From the NCBI RefSeq assembly GCF_003018255.1, contig NZ_CP027440.1: a DNA stretch of 64,000 nt; one strand, given 5' to 3'. This DNA comes from Escherichia coli (lineage in GTDB: Bacteria > Pseudomonadota > Gammaproteobacteria > Enterobacterales > Enterobacteriaceae). The translations under genes and the position numbers were made by a program. Positions within the stretch are counted from its first letter, which is position 1. Each line of letters opens with the position of its first letter. Shown one piece after another: positions 46,664 through 61,899 of the stretch. The notes under the pieces were generated by a model that made no database searches, was not told the origin of the DNA, and worked only from the letters and a program-made list of their open reading frames with translations.

Positions 46664-49178
46664 TCTCTTCTCCTGTCTGCGTCACCGCCGCCCACGATGA
46701 GAGGCCGCTGCAGACCACATCACCGACCCAGACGGCACCGCGCGCCTGGTTGAGTTCCAGTGCCACTTCGCAGGTTTTATTGCCACTGTAGCGAAAATCG
46801 ATAGTGGGGTATTTCTTATCCACGTCCATGACAAACTCGCCGTTTTCATCGGTTCGGGTTCGGCCGATATGGTTGTTAATCCGTGCGTTAGCCAGCAGTG
46901 TGCCGTCTTCCGCACGGATACGACCGGAGACGGTAACCATCTGCTTCACCTCTGGCTCAATGACAGCGACATTGCCTGGATAGAGAGTCAGATGACTTTT
47001 GCGACCGCTGACGATATCGTAACTGTCGAGTGAGTTTTTGCTGTTCTGCAACTCCACCTCATATCTTCCATAGGGAGAGAGCGGGAGATAGTTACGCTTG
47101 CCGTTAAGCGGGAAAATCCGCCCGTTGATTTTGGCGCTGATCTGACCATCGTTCTCCAGGCCAGTGTCGAATATCACCCCAGCGTTGCCATCGGTCCGCC
47201 CGCTGGCAGCGATGTTTTTACCCTGCCAGCCGACGCTGCCGTTGGCGGTCAAATTAGTATTGATGTAGCCGTCCGCCGCGCTATTGACGTTCAGCGTTCC
47301 GCTGGCGTAACGAGCGTCGAACTGTGCATACGCCCCACCGCTGAGGGTTTTGTCATCACCGGTATCGCCGGAGATGGCTCGTGACAGATTGGCACCAACA
47401 GTGCGAATGGTTCCTTCATCAAACTGTTTGCGTGCTGACAGGTTTGCCATGGTGTAGCCGTTTTGATGGGTCATCCCTGCGCTAAACCAGTTGCCCAGTG
47501 GTAGCGAGAGATCGAGAGCGATATATTTCCCTGTATTGGCGCTGCTGTCGCCGTTGTTATAGCGCTGAATACCGGCCCGCAGGCCAAGCGAACCAAAGGT
47601 ACCGCTGTAGACACTTTGATAGTAATCTGCCGTGTAATAATGGCTGTTGTAGCGGCGGTCATCATTGTAGCTGATGCTGAACGTACCCAGCTTCGACCAC
47701 AGTGAGTTCAGGTTGAGTGTGCCGCCGATTGCACGGTTGTCGGCATCGCTACGTCGCAATTGATTGCCAATGCGGGTTTTTTCCTGGTTAACCCACAGCG
47801 AACTGAAGCCTCCAGGTAGAGTGGCGCTGATGCTGGCGATGTTGCTCCATGAGCTGTCACTGGCCAGCATGTTTTGCAGGTTAACGTTGATCGCCCCCCC
47901 AAGCGGCAGCGTCAGACGGGTTTCACCCACCGCCTGATTATCGTATCCATATCCCGTTGCCGCCCAGCTAAACGTACTCAGTGAGCCGGAGGTCGAGGCA
48001 CCTGCCAGCCAACTCTCTTTGGCTGGTCGCGTCTTTTTCCCGTTTTCCGACCAGCGATCCATATGAAAGCTACCGCCCCATATCTGCCACGCCAGCGGTG
48101 CACCGACGCCACGTCCCCGGCTAAACAGCTTATTGACCCGCTGGGTGCGTTTGCTGATCACGCGACCGTTAACGATTACCTCAACTTCCACATCGTAAAT
48201 ACCGTACGGTAGACCCCGGGTATCCACTTCATGATTGCCCATGGTGAAGTTCTGAACGCTTAGTAGCCGCCCATCACGGGTGAGATGTACTTCGCCCGCC
48301 GCCGGTAAAAAGGCGATCACTGGCGTGGCCGACTGGCTGCTGTCGAAGATGGTGGAGCTGGCCTGGTTTCCCCAGGAAAGGCCGTAAATCTTCCCTGCTG
48401 AAATGGCGGTCATCGGCCCTAAGGACTGCAAGTTCCAGGTGTCGAGCATTCCACCGGCAAATCGGTGACCAGCAAAATCGCGTTCATACATCGCTTTATA
48501 TAATTCACTGTCCTGTTGACCGCTACCAATCCCGTACAGTGAGCCGTCGAGCACCACGTGATGTTCGCGCAGCGCAGTAACGTTATTCAGCGACAGATAG
48601 CTGGAGGTGTTGCTCCCGCCGTTACGCAACTGGTTGTTATAGACGCCGAAGTTATAGCTCAGATTACTGCTGAGGGTGTTAACACTGGACTGCCCGATGT
48701 CTTCGCTACGTGAGCGTAGTACGGTGCCCAGCGCTTCGCGCTTGACCACCAGCTGCAGCAGCAGTTGGCGCAAGCTGAGATCCAACTGCGCGTTGTCAGT
48801 CAGGGGGATGGTAAGGGCCTCATTGAACGGGGCGTTGGCCAGAGTCATCAGCTGCTGTCGAGTTTGTTCGCTGACACTGGCGTTATCTTCACTCTCTTCC
48901 AGCTGTATTTTTCGGATGCGTAACTGTCCATCATCCAACCAGATAAAAGCGCTGCCGATTCGCTGATCGTCCTGGCGACCCTGGCTACCGGCGAGATGAA
49001 TATAAAGCGGGACGCTCATGCCGTCCTGGAGCGCCTGACTGAAGGCCTGCGGAATAATCACCCCACCTATTTGCTGCGCACTTATGTCAGCAGCGCTGGC
49101 ATCGGGCTGAACGAACAAAAAGACCATGCCGAAGGCAAACTGGGCTTTCAGTCCTGGGGAGAACCGTCGTAAAGGCAT
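46653..49178 (-). CDS. ecpC: E. coli common pilus usher EcpC
   Basis: 841 aa outer-membrane usher-like protein. Confidence 0.85.
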   Translation of the reverse strand: MPLRRFSPGLKAQFAFGMVFLFVQPDASAADISAQQIGGVIIPQAFSQALQDGMSVPLYIHLAGSQGRQDDQRIGSAFIWLDDGQLRIRKIQLEESEDNASVSEQTRQQLMTLANAPFNEALTIPLTDNAQLDLSLRQLLLQLVVKREALGTVLRSRSEDIGQSSVNTLSSNLSYNFGVYNNQLRNGGSNTSSYLSLNNVTALREHHVVLDGSLYGIGSGQQDSELYKAMYERDFAGHRFAGGMLDTWNLQSLGPMTAISAGKIYGLSWGNQASSTIFDSSQSATPVIAFLPAAGEVHLTRDGRLLSVQNFTMGNHEVDTRGLPYGIYDVEVEVIVNGRVISKRTQRVNKLFSRGRGVGAPLAWQIWGGSFHMDRWSENGKKTRPAKESWLAGASTSGSLSTFSWAATGYGYDNQAVGETRLTLPLGGAINVNLQNMLASDSSWSNIASISATLPGGFSSLWVNQEKTRIGNQLRRSDADNRAIGGTLNLNSLWSKLGTFSISYNDDRRYNSHYYTADYYQSVYSGTFGSLGLRAGIQRYNNGDSSANTGKYIALDLSLPLGNWFSAGMTHQNGYTMANLSARKQFDEGTIRTVGANLSRAISGDTGDDKTLSGGAYAQFDARYASGTLNVNSAADGYINTNLTANGSVGWQGKNIAASGRTDGNAGVIFDTGLENDGQISAKINGRIFPLNGKRNYLPLSPYGRYEVELQNSKNSLDSYDIVSGRKSHLTLYPGNVAVIEPEVKQMVTVSGRIRAEDGTLLANARINNHIGRTRTDENGEFVMDVDKKYPTIDFRYSGNKTCEVALELNQARGAVWVGDVVCSGLSSWAAVTQTGEENES

Positions 49179-49203
49179 TGTCGTTATCCATCTGCACAGC
49201 TAT

Positions 49204-49872
49204 CTATTTCACGGGAATGAACTTATCACCCTGCCAAAGTGCAACCCGTCCTTTGTTATCCGCCGTGTCCACGCGGGTAAAACGACGCGACTTGCCCGGC
49301 ATCAGGTAGTAATTCTCTTTACACTCCTTACCATTGGCGGCTTTCAGGCAGGGGCCGTAGGCGAGGATCCGCAGCGTCGCATTTCCTGTATTTGTCAGGG
49401 AGCCGTTGGCGTACTGAAAGTGGTAGTTTGCCTGGCGGGGTGCGACGACCAGAATGGTGCCGATGCGGGCGGAAGCAGTGGCCACAGCGCTGCGGTTGGC
49501 ATTATCGCGCTGCGCATCACTGAGGGCCTGATCAAACCAGACAATGCGGTAGTAGCGCTCTTTTTCATCTGCTGGTCCCTTATAGAAGAAGCGGATCACT
49601 TCGCTGGCTTGGGCGGGTAGCAGCAAGCTGGCGGGAGTGAGTAGCAACTCATCCGGCTTGTCCATTGCGATAACCTGCCCGTCGTCAAGCGGTGAAGAGA
49701 GCCGTTCGAGACGGATATTGATGAGGCGGCCACTGTCGGTACTGTTTTGGATCGTTTTGCTTAGCGTGCTGCTGTCACTGTTCATAAACGATGATATATC
49801 GCCGACATCCAGCGCCTGGGCCGGTGATATTCCGGAAAACAGCAGAGCGAGAGGCAGAAGGTGCTTTTTCAT
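49204..49872 (-). CDS. ecpB: E. coli common pilus chaperone EcpB
   Basis: 222 aa from [20 protein letters not shown] signal peptide. Confidence 0.8.
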
Positions 49873-49928
49873 AACAATTCCGTCCAGGAATAAAGCAGGG
49901 GGGTACCCCTGCTGGTACATCAGAGAGA

Positions 49929-50516
49929 TTAACTGGTCCAGGTAGCGTCGAACTGTACGCTAACGTCGCCGCTCCAGATGCCTTCCGGTAGAGTGCTGTA
50001 ATCGGTTACTGCGGTGGTACCATTGGTGGTGCCGCTGATGATGGAGAAAGTGAAACCATCCTGTGCGGTGGTACGATTGCTGGCATTGTAACCGTTAGCC
50101 AGTGGGCTAAGGTTGCCGCCCAGTACGCCGTTGGCGGTATCGATCATCACGGTATCGCCAGTTTTTTCGACTGCCGCGCCGTTATAATCCACGCCCACAT
50201 TCAGTGTGGAACCTGAGGTATCCAACTGGGTTAAGGTGTTGGTGATAAGGCGTGAGGTCAGTTTAAAGGCGGTAGCCGTTGAGTCACCCTCGATAGCCAC
50301 GTCAAATAGACCTTTTTGTGAGTTAAAACCTTTAATGCCTTCGGCATACTGGAACGCCAGGCTACCGAGTGGCGTCACAACCAGCTTACTGGTGGTGTCT
50401 TTTTTGGCTGTTGCTGACCAGGTCGCTACAGCCTGAGCTGTTACGTCAGCAGCCTGCGCTACACCTGTACCGGTAAACACCGTTACCAGAGCTATTGCCA
50501 GAACCTTTTTTTTCAT
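49929..50516 (-). CDS. ecpA: E. coli common pilus major subunit EcpA (Mat fimbrillin)
   Basis: 195 aa, signal peptide [22 protein letters not shown]. Confidence 0.9.
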
Positions 50517-50589
50517 TGCTTTTCTTCCCGAGTTGAATTGAGGACATGAAGTCCCGGTGAGTCATTTTTAAAACTAACTTGCCTGGAGT

Positions 50590-51201
<612 letters not shown>

Positions 51202-51584
51202 TTACAGGTACATTCAGTTTCTTTAGTAAATCGGAAGTAAATAAGATACGTAGCACATATCAATATAGGTTAAACGAGATTAAGTTTTAATTATTTCGAT
51301 TAGGTTTAAATTTATGTTTTTTTCCTGATGAGTGTCAATATGTGAACAGAAAATGAATTCCATGGTTAAGTCAATATTTACAAAAAATGAAAATATTGCT
51401 TTTTTGATAAGAAGAAAAAGACATTCAGTTTCATAAGGTTATTGGCAATATAACGTTCAATTCTTACTTGCATTTTATATTAGCCAGGAACTTTGCCCTG
51501 AGGTGTTAGGAATAGTCTTAATGTGTTGTGTAATGGACTAGTAAAAAAACAAGTTTAAATGATAAGAAATGGAATATAAAACTA

Positions 51585-51809
51585 TCATAAGTCATAATTA
51601 AAGATGATTTGCCAATCAGTAAGGTGTTTTAATGGATTAACATGCCGCACAAAATGGTTGTGGGTGTTCATCCCAATAAGTGATGAAAAATTAAACAGGT
51701 GTAAGTACGTCATCTGTCCGGTAAGCCCCCCAAGAGCCAAATTAAGTGAAGTTAAACGAAGACTGCCAGTTGTCACAGGAACGATGGCCTCTTTGCCAGG
51801 GCACTGCAT
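51585..51809 (-). CDS. hypothetical small protein (possibly ykgL)
   Basis: 74-aa ORF in the ecpR-ykgO spacer; no recognisable features. Confidence 0.2.
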   Translation of the reverse strand: MQCPGKEAIVPVTTGSLRLTSLNLALGGLTGQMTYLHLFNFSSLIGMNTHNHFVRHVNPLKHLTDWQIIFNYDL

Positions 51810-52215
51810 TCAGTCATCTGTACGCGTTACTCTAACTGGCACTCGAACGTCGGCGATGGGGTTACCGATGGATCTGGCCGTTCCTGTGGCGTAAACGTTT
51901 TTATGTCAGTACCAACAGATTTACCACATTTATCATCTTAACAGTTTGAGTGTAAATGCAGGCTGCGTCGCAAAGGGAGGAAACTGAGTGGCGTGTTCAG
52001 TCTAAAATAGAGTTGATGCCAGCATACAGGGCGCAGCTGGTCAACAAGTCAACATTAATATAATGGAATATTCGGAGAGAAACGTCAGGCAGTTGACCTT
52101 AAATTAACAGGAAGATACATCCCCAGGAAAATTAATGCTGGTGTAATAAATACACCAACATTAATCCGGTATGATTATTAATCAGACAAATATCGTTAAT
52201 TCGTCGAATTTTGAA

Positions 52216-52356
52216 TCAACGTTTTTTCTTACGACCCTGAACGGCCTTAAAACGTGGATTAGATTTACAAATCACATACAGCCGTCCTTTTCGCTTCACA
52301 ATCTGACAGTCTGGATGGCGTTCTTTTGCGGTACGCAGAGAGTTAAGGACTTTCAT
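52216..52356 (-). CDS. ykgO: ribosomal protein L36 paralog (zinc-independent)
   Basis: 46 aa [46 protein letters not shown] translated by hand; start overlaps ykgM stop (ATGA). Confidence 0.85.
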   Translation of the reverse strand: MKVLNSLRTAKERHPDCQIVKRKGRLYVICKSNPRFKAVQGRKKKR

Positions 52357-52622
52357 CATGCCCCCTTTTTCGTGCTAACAAAACGACCAAAACGTTGGGT
52401 GAACCGTGCAACATTTCCTTCTGATGCCACTGTTCTCAGCTTCCCTGTATAGAACGGGTGCGATTTCGAAGAGACATCAATTGTTACGTACGGATACGTT
52501 ACGCCATCCAGCTCAATCTCACGGTCTGTTTTGATAGTCGAGCCGATTTTAAAGTACTCATCAACGCTGGTGTCGTGGAACACCACAGTACGATACTCAG
52601 GATGGATATTGGGTTTCATCAT
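52356..52622 (-). CDS. ykgM: ribosomal protein L31 paralog (type B, zinc-independent)
   Basis: 88 aa [24 protein letters not shown]…, lacks the Cys zinc ribbon. Confidence 0.9.
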
Positions 52623-52628
52623 TTTTAC

Positions 52629-52649
52629 CTGTTATGTTATAACATAACC
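52629..52649 (-). promoter_or_regulatory. Zur box upstream of ykgM-ykgO
   Basis: Palindrome GTTATGTTATAACATAAC immediately upstream of the ykgM RBS, matching the Zur consensus core TGTTATA-TATAACA. Confidence 0.65.
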
Positions 52650-52983
52650 GTAAAGATACATGCTCATCCGGATCATTTCAACACCCAATCACTGTGACTA
52701 TTTGTGGGATGTGGAATTTCCGCAACGGGGAAGTCTGGCATTGTTAGCAGCCATTGGCGACGCTCCCATAAACGCCTGGATGAGTGATTGATGATGGTTT
52801 CGCTGAGAGTATGGATTTTTCGAGAATGGAGGCTATCTCCACTTTACTGGCCGATGATTTATTGCAGCATGATTGATTACCTGACAATGTGTATTCCTCT
52901 CCCACGGATATAATAATTACTTACAAAAAAGGGAGAGGATGCATATTTTAAATATCACTGAAGTGAACAGTTTATTGCCGTTA

Positions 52984-53085
52984 TTAATAGAAATGGAGAA
53001 ATAAATAGGCGTATTCTACAATTGCGACAAAAACAACGATATTAATCAGTTTATGACTGATTTGCTGTACTTTATTCTCTTTCAT
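52984..53085 (-). CDS. ykgR: small hydrophobic membrane protein YkgR
   Basis: 33 aa MKENKVQQISHKLINIVVFVAIVEYAYLFLHFY found by hand translation; GAGGAAG RBS 6 nt upstream. Confidence 0.6.
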   Translation of the reverse strand: MKENKVQQISHKLINIVVFVAIVEYAYLFLHFY

Positions 53086-53565
53086 TGGTACTTCCTCGCT
53101 TTAAAAAAGAGTGCACTTCGTAAGTGCCCTTATATAAATAACGAGTTTGGTCAACCAATTTTTTGACATGTATCACAAATTTGAATAGATGTATTACATC
53201 GGCTATCTTTTATTGCCCCAACGTCATTGATATATGTCGCCTGAAATCAGTTACGGGAATGAGTCTGATCTCAAGACTGGCCCAGTCCTGGCGTTGATTG
53301 GCGCTGAGGAGCATATCGCATCTCATCGTAACGTCGTATCTCCTGGGGTGTTATACAAGATATCGTTGTAGGTAACCAGGGAGAGGAATTGAGTCTATTA
53401 AACCGTCAACTATGCCGGATACATACTGGATTACACTGCAGGCACGCCTTACGAGAGAACGTGCCGCAGTGACGGGTTAATTATCTGAAAGAATTTGCGA
53501 GGCTGTATCGGTTACTCATTGATTTGATAGTTTTACTCTCGGGAGAGTAATCGATATTTAATCCA

Positions 53566-53808
53566 TTAACGGAAACCAGCCAGTTCCTTTCGATGTCTGA
53601 ATTTCCTTGGCGTGACATAGGTATATCCTGTAATTACTAAACCAATATTTTGTGAGCGACGTTTATAATATTCGAGTTCTTGCTCAGAGATGGTTCCATC
53701 AGGATTAGCTGACCAGGTCGTCATAGGAGCCATAACGATACGATTACATGGCTTTATTTTTTCTGTCAGCATAAAAGGAGAAAACAGTGATAGGTGTTTA
53801 TTTGTCAT
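53566..53808 (-). pseudogene. Old Yellow Enzyme (NADH:flavin oxidoreductase) N-terminal fragment
   Basis: 80-aa ORF with OYE-like N-terminus (…NRIVMAPMT…) that terminates after about 60 conserved residues. Confidence 0.5.
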
Positions 53809-54101
53809 GACAATACCTCAAATGTTTATCTGATTTTGATGTGTATATTTAAACTGGTTAGTTGTTACCAGCTTTGGAACCAAGATTTTTGGCTTTGTTT
53901 TTATTTATAATTACTGTTAGTGCTTTTATTGATTTTATGGTGGAGAAAAGAGTAAAAATAGAAAGTTAATGATGTGTGTCAGAATATCGGTAAGAAGAAT
54001 GGCACAATCGTGAGGGTACGTTTATTCATAATAAATCTCCTGAAAGTTTAGAATTATTTTCGATACAGCCAGATTATCATTGTTACTAATAATGTGGTTA
54101 A

Positions 54102-56974
<2,873 letters not shown>

Positions 56975-57524
56975 TTATCGTTCATGAGAAGCATAACGTA
57001 AAGGGAAGAGCTCGATTAGACGGCAGGATTTGTCAGGGGTTATGAACAAAATTCATAAATCTGTTTGAGGGTTGAGATTAGTCGTGCAAGTTCGATATCC
57101 CCGGAATTTACAGTCCGATGAATAAAAATGAATGTCCATAAAAAATATATTGGTTTATCCCAGCGTATATACTTACTTCGACGTACTCCCAATAGCAGTT
57201 AATTAAAGACGGGTCATTATTATTCACTCTGAATAATGAATTATTCACTGCCCGCAGAGTAAGAAATATAACTTAAGTATCTATTTAATGACTTGCACAA
57301 AAAGCTAAATTTTTACCCATAAATAAAAATATAATCCCGCGCCCAACCACCTGATGAGTGGCTACAGACACTGGATATATTAGGTGGCGGTGTACTTTCT
57401 TACATAAAGGTATTTCCTTTTCTGTGGAAAAGGAAACCGGGAAATCCCCGGTTTTTCTGACAAGCAGACGCCATTATTTGTGTCTGCCTATGTTCGTTAA
57501 TTCGTTCATCAGGAAATTATCTCA

Positions 57525-60500
57525 ATGTCACGTTATAAAACAGACAATAAACAGCCACGATTTCGTTATTCAGTTCTGGCCCGCTGCGTGGCGTGGGCAA
57601 ATATCTCTGTTCAGGTTCTTTTTCCACTCGCAGTCACCTTTACGCCAGTAATGGCAGCACGTGCGCAGCATGCGGTTCAGCCACGGTTGAGCATGGAAAA
57701 TACTACGGTAACTGCTGATAATAACGTGGAGAAAAATGTCGCGTCGCTTGCCGCTAATGCCGGGACATTTTTAAGCAGTCAGCCAGATAGCGATGCGACA
57801 CGTAACTTTATTACCGGAATGGCCACCGCTAAAGCTAACCAGGAAATTCAGGAGTGGCTCGGGAAATACGGTACTGCGCGCGTCAAACTGAATGTCGATA
57901 AAGATTTCTCGCTGAAGGATTCTTCGCTGGAAATGCTTTATCCGATTTATGATACACCGACAAATATGTTGTTCACTCAGGGGGCAATACATCGTACCGA
58001 CGATCGTACTCAGTCAAATATTGGTTTTGGCTGGCGTCATTTTTCAGAAAATGACTGGATGGCGGGGGTGAATACTTTTATCGATCATGATTTATCCCGT
58101 AGTCATACCCGCATTGGTGTTGGTGCGGAATACTGGCGTGATTATTTGAAACTGAGCGCCAATGGTTATATCCGGGCTTCTGGCTGGAAAAAATCACCGG
58201 ATGTTGAGGATTATCAGGAACGCCCGGCGAATGGCTGGGATATTCGTGCTGAGGGCTATTTACCTGCCTGGCCGCAGCTTGGCGCAAGCCTGATGTATGA
58301 GCAGTATTATGGTGATGAAGTCGGGCTGTTTGGTAAAGATAAACGCCAGAAAGACCCGCATGCTATTTCTGCCGAGGTAACCTATACACCAGTGCCTCTT
58401 CTGACACTGAGCGCCGGGCATAAGCAGGGCAAGAGTGGTGAGAATGACACTCGCTTTGGCCTGGAAGTTAATTATCGGATTGGCGAACCTCTGGAAAAAC
58501 AACTCGATACAGACAGTATTCGCGAGCGTCGAATGCTGGCAGGCAGCCGCTATGACCTGGTTGAGCGTAATAACAATATCGTTCTTGAGTATCGCAAATC
58601 TGAAGTGATCCGTATTGCTCTGCCTGAGCGTATTGAAGGCAAGGGCGGCCAGACGGTTTCCCTGGGGCTTGTGGTCAGCAAAGCAACTCACGGTCTGAAA
58701 AATGTGCAATGGGAAGCGCCGTCTTTGCTGGCCGCAGGCGGAAAAATTACGGGGCAGGGCAATCAGTGGCAAGTGACGCTCCCGGCTTATCAGGCAGGCA
58801 AAGACAATTATTATGCGGTTTCAGCGATTGCCTACGATAACAAAGGCAATGCCTCGAAACGTGTGCAGACAGAAGTGGTTATTAGCGGAGCTGGTATGAG
58901 CGCCGATCGTACGGCGTTAACGCTTGACGGTCAGAGCCGTATTCAAATGCTTGCTAACGGTAATGAGCAAAAGCCGCTGGTGCTGTCTCTGCGCGACGCC
59001 GAGGGTCAGCCAGTCACGGGCATGAAAGATCAGATCAAGACTGAACTAACTTTCAAACCGGCTGGAAATATTGTGACTCGTTCTCTGAAGGCCACTAAAT
59101 CACAGGCAAAGCCAACACTGGGTGAGTTCACCGAAACTGAAGCAGGGGTGTATCAGTCTGTCTTTACTACCGGAACGCAGTCAGGTGAGGCAACGATTAC
59201 TGTTAGCGTTGATGGCATGAGCAAAACCGTCACTGCAGAACTGCGGGCCACGATGATGGATGTGGCAAACTCCACCCTGAGCGCTAACGAGCCGTCAGGT
59301 GACGTGGTTGCTGATGGTCAGCAAGCCTACACGCTGACGCTGACTGCGGTGGACTCCGAGGGTAATCCGGTGACGGGAGAAGCCAGCCGCCTGCGACTTG
59401 TTCCGCAAGACACTAATGGTGTTACCGTTGGTGCCATTTCGGAAATAAAACCAGGGGTTTACAGCGCCACGGTTTCTTCGACCCGTGCCGGAAACGTTGT
59501 TGTGCGTGCCTTCAGCGAGCAGTATCAGCTGGGCACATTACAACAAACGCTGAAGTTTGTTGCCGGGCCGCTTGATGCAGCACATTCGTCCATCACCCTG
59601 AATCCTGATAAACCGGTGGTCGGCGGTACAGTTACGGCAATCTGGACGGCAAAAGATGCCAATGACAACCCTGTAACAGGCCTCAATCCGGATGCACCGT
59701 CATTAGCGGGTGCCGCTGCTGTAGGTTCTACGGCATCGGGCTGGACAAATAATGGTGATGGGACGTGGACTGCGCAAATTACTCTCGGCTCTACGGCGGG
59801 TGAATTAGAAGTTATGCCGAAGCTAAATGGACAGGATGCGGCAGCAAACGCGGCAAAAGTAACCGTGGTGGCTGATGCATTATCTTCAAACCAGTCGAAA
59901 GTCTCTGTCGCAGAAGATCACGTAAAAGCCGGTGAAAGCACAACCGTAACGCTGGTGGCGAAAGATGCGCATGGCAACGCTATCAGTGGTCTTTCGTTGT
60001 CGGCAAGTTTGACGGGGACCGCCTCTGAAGGGGCGACCGTTTCCAGTTGGACCGAAAAAGGTGACGGTTCCTATGTTGCTACGTTAACTACAGGCGGAAA
60101 GACGGGCGAGCTTCGTGTCATGCCGCTCTTCAACGGCCAGCCTGCAGCCACCGAAGCCGCGCAGCTGACTGTTATTGCCGGAGAGATGTCATCAGCGAAC
60201 TCTACGCTTGTTGCGGACAATAAAACTCCAACGGTTAAAACGACGACGGAACTCACCTTCACCGTGAAGGATGCGTACGGGAATCCGGTCACCGGGCTGA
60301 AGCCAGATGCACCAGTGTTTAGTGGTGCCGCCAGCACGGGGAGTGAGCGTCCTTCAGTAGGAAACTGGACAGAGAAAGGTAATGGGGTCTACGTGTCGAC
60401 CTTAACGCTGGGATCTGCCGCGGGTCAGTTGTCTGTGATGCCGCGAGTGAACGGCCAAAATGCCGTTGCTCAGCCACTGGTGCTGAATGTTGCAGGTGAC

Positions 60501-61775
60501 GCATCTAAGGCTGAGATTCGTGATATGACAGTGAAGGTTAATAACCAACTGGCTAATGGACAGTCTGCTAACCAGATAACCCTGACCGTCGTGGACAGCT
60601 ATGGTAACCCGTTGCAGGGGCAAGAAGTTACGCTGACTTTACCGCAGGGTGTGACTAGCAAGACGGGGAATACAGTAACAACCAATGCGGCAGGTAAAGC
60701 GGATATTGAGTTGATATCAACCGTTGCAGGGGAACTTGAAATCGCGGCCGCGGTGAAAAACTCTCAGAAGACGGTCACGGTGAAATTCAACGCGGATGCC
60801 AGCACCGGTCAGGCAAACCTGCAGGTTGACACCGCCGTTCAAAAAGTGGCAAACGGCAAAGATGCCTTTACGCTGACGGCGACCGTTGAGGATAAAAACG
60901 GTAACCCTGTTCCAGGCACTCTGGTGACCTTTAATCTGCCCCGGGGTGTCAAGCCGCTTACTGGCGATAATGTCTGGGTGAAAGCCAACGATGAGGGGAA
61001 AGCGGAGTTGCAGGTGGTTTCCGTGACTGCCGGAACCTATGAGATCACGGCGTCGGCAGGAAATGACCAGCCTTCGGATGCGCAGACTATAACGTTTGTG
61101 GCCGATAAGGCGACCGCAACCGTCTCCGGTATTGAGGTGATTGGCAACTATGCACTGGCGGATGGCAAAGCCAAACAGACGTATAAAGTTACGGTGACTG
61201 ATGCCAATAACAACCTGTTGAAAGATAGCGAGGTGACGCTGACTGCCAGCCCGGCAAATTTAGCTCTGGATCCCGATGGGACGGCGAAAACTAATGAGCA
61301 AGGGCAGGCTATTTTCACCGCTACCACTACTGTTGCGGCGACATACACACTCAAGGCGCAAGTGAGTCAGACCAACGGTCAGGTATCAACGAAAACTGCC
61401 GAATCTAAATTCGTCGCGGATGATAAAAACGCGGAGCTCGCTGCATCTCCAGAGCGTGTAGATTCTCTGGTGGCGGACGGGAAGACTACTGCAACACTGA
61501 CGGTTACTCTGATGTCGGGTGTCAACCCCGTAGGAGGAACCATGTGGGTCGACATTGAGGCTCCGGAAGGGGTGACAGAGGCGGATTATCAGTTCCTGCC
61601 GTCGAAAAATGACCATTTCGCGAGCGGGAAAATCACGCGTACATTTAGTACCAACAAGCCAGGTACATACACATTCACATTCAACTCTTTGACATATGGA
61701 GGGTATGAAATGAAACCAGTGACTGTGACAATTAACGCCGTTCCTGCAGATACTGAAGGCGCTGAGGAGAAATAA
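57525..61775 (+). CDS. eaeH: intimin/invasin-like outer-membrane adhesin (EaeH/FdeC), apparently intact
   Basis: 1416 aa; N-terminal beta-barrel-like region followed by a long array of Ig-like repeats rich in T/V/A/G. Confidence 0.85.
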   Translation: MSRYKTDNKQPRFRYSVLARCVAWANISVQVLFPLAVTFTPVMAARAQHAVQPRLSMENTTVTADNNVEKNVASLAANAGTFLSSQPDSDATRNFITGMATAKANQEIQEWLGKYGTARVKLNVDKDFSLKDSSLEMLYPIYDTPTNMLFTQGAIHRTDDRTQSNIGFGWRHFSENDWMAGVNTFIDHDLSRSHTRIGVGAEYWRDYLKLSANGYIRASGWKKSPDVEDYQERPANGWDIRAEGYLPAWPQLGASLMYEQYYGDEVGLFGKDKRQKDPHAISAEVTYTPVPLLTLSAGHKQGKSGENDTRFGLEVNYRIGEPLEKQLDTDSIRERRMLAGSRYDLVERNNNIVLEYRKSEVIRIALPERIEGKGGQTVSLGLVVSKATHGLKNVQWEAPSLLAAGGKITGQGNQWQVTLPAYQAGKDNYYAVSAIAYDNKGNASKRVQTEVVISGAGMSADRTALTLDGQSRIQMLANGNEQKPLVLSLRDAEGQPVTGMKDQIKTELTFKPAGNIVTRSLKATKSQAKPTLGEFTETEAGVYQSVFTTGTQSGEATITVSVDGMSKTVTAELRATMMDVANSTLSANEPSGDVVADGQQAYTLTLTAVDSEGNPVTGEASRLRLVPQDTNGVTVGAISEIKPGVYSATVSSTRAGNVVVRAFSEQYQLGTLQQTLKFVAGPLDAAHSSITLNPDKPVVGGTVTAIWTAKDANDNPVTGLNPDAPSLAGAAAVGSTASGWTNNGDGTWTAQITLGSTAGELEVMPKLNGQDAAANAAKVTVVADALSSNQSKVSVAEDHVKAGESTTVTLVAKDAHGNAISGLSLSASLTGTASEGATVSSWTEKGDGSYVATLTTGGKTGELRVMPLFNGQPAATEAAQLTVIAGEMSSANSTLVADNKTPTVKTTTELTFTVKDAYGNPVTGLKPDAPVFSGAASTGSERPSVGNWTEKGNGVYVSTLTLGSAAGQLSVMPRVNGQNAVAQPLVLNVAGDASKAEIRDMTVKVNNQLANGQSANQITLTVVDSYGNPLQGQEVTLTLPQGVTSKTGNTVTTNAAGKADIELISTVAGELEIAAAVKNSQKTVTVKFNADASTGQANLQVDTAVQKVANGKDAFTLTATVEDKNGNPVPGTLVTFNLPRGVKPLTGDNVWVKANDEGKAELQVVSVTAGTYEITASAGNDQPSDAQTITFVADKATATVSGIEVIGNYALADGKAKQTYKVTVTDANNNLLKDSEVTLTASPANLALDPDGTAKTNEQGQAIFTATTTVAATYTLKAQVSQTNGQVSTKTAESKFVADDKNAELAASPERVDSLVADGKTTATLTVTLMSGVNPVGGTMWVDIEAPEGVTEADYQFLPSKNDHFASGKITRTFSTNKPGTYTFTFNSLTYGGYEMKPVTVTINAVPADTEGAEEK

Positions 61776-61899
61776 AAACGACGATGTAATAAATAATAAT
61801 GGCGTTGACATGCGCAGCGCCATTATTTACTGAATACCTACCCTGGTACCGATTAGACGGTGGCAGGGTAGGGTAAATCTTATGTGATGGATTTACAGG

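Noticed and set aside
52939-53004. 21-codon plus-strand ORF (MHILNITEVNSLLPLLIEMEK) next to a GGGAGAGG motif, convergent with ykgR
   Set aside because: The Shine-Dalgarno-like motif abuts the ATG with 0-3 nt spacing, too short for efficient initiation; more likely part of the ykgR 3' region.
57525-61775. Periodic repeats in the adhesin gene considered as a possible CRISPR or tandem-repeat array
   Set aside because: Repeats are degenerate at the DNA level and in frame within one long ORF (Ig-like domains); no direct-repeat/spacer structure. No CRISPR array seen anywhere in the window.
61798-61872. Two hairpins between convergent adhesin and AraC genes considered as terminators or REP
   Set aside because: Stems are short or loops long (13-19 nt) and T-runs weak; cannot be called confidently without folding-energy calculation.
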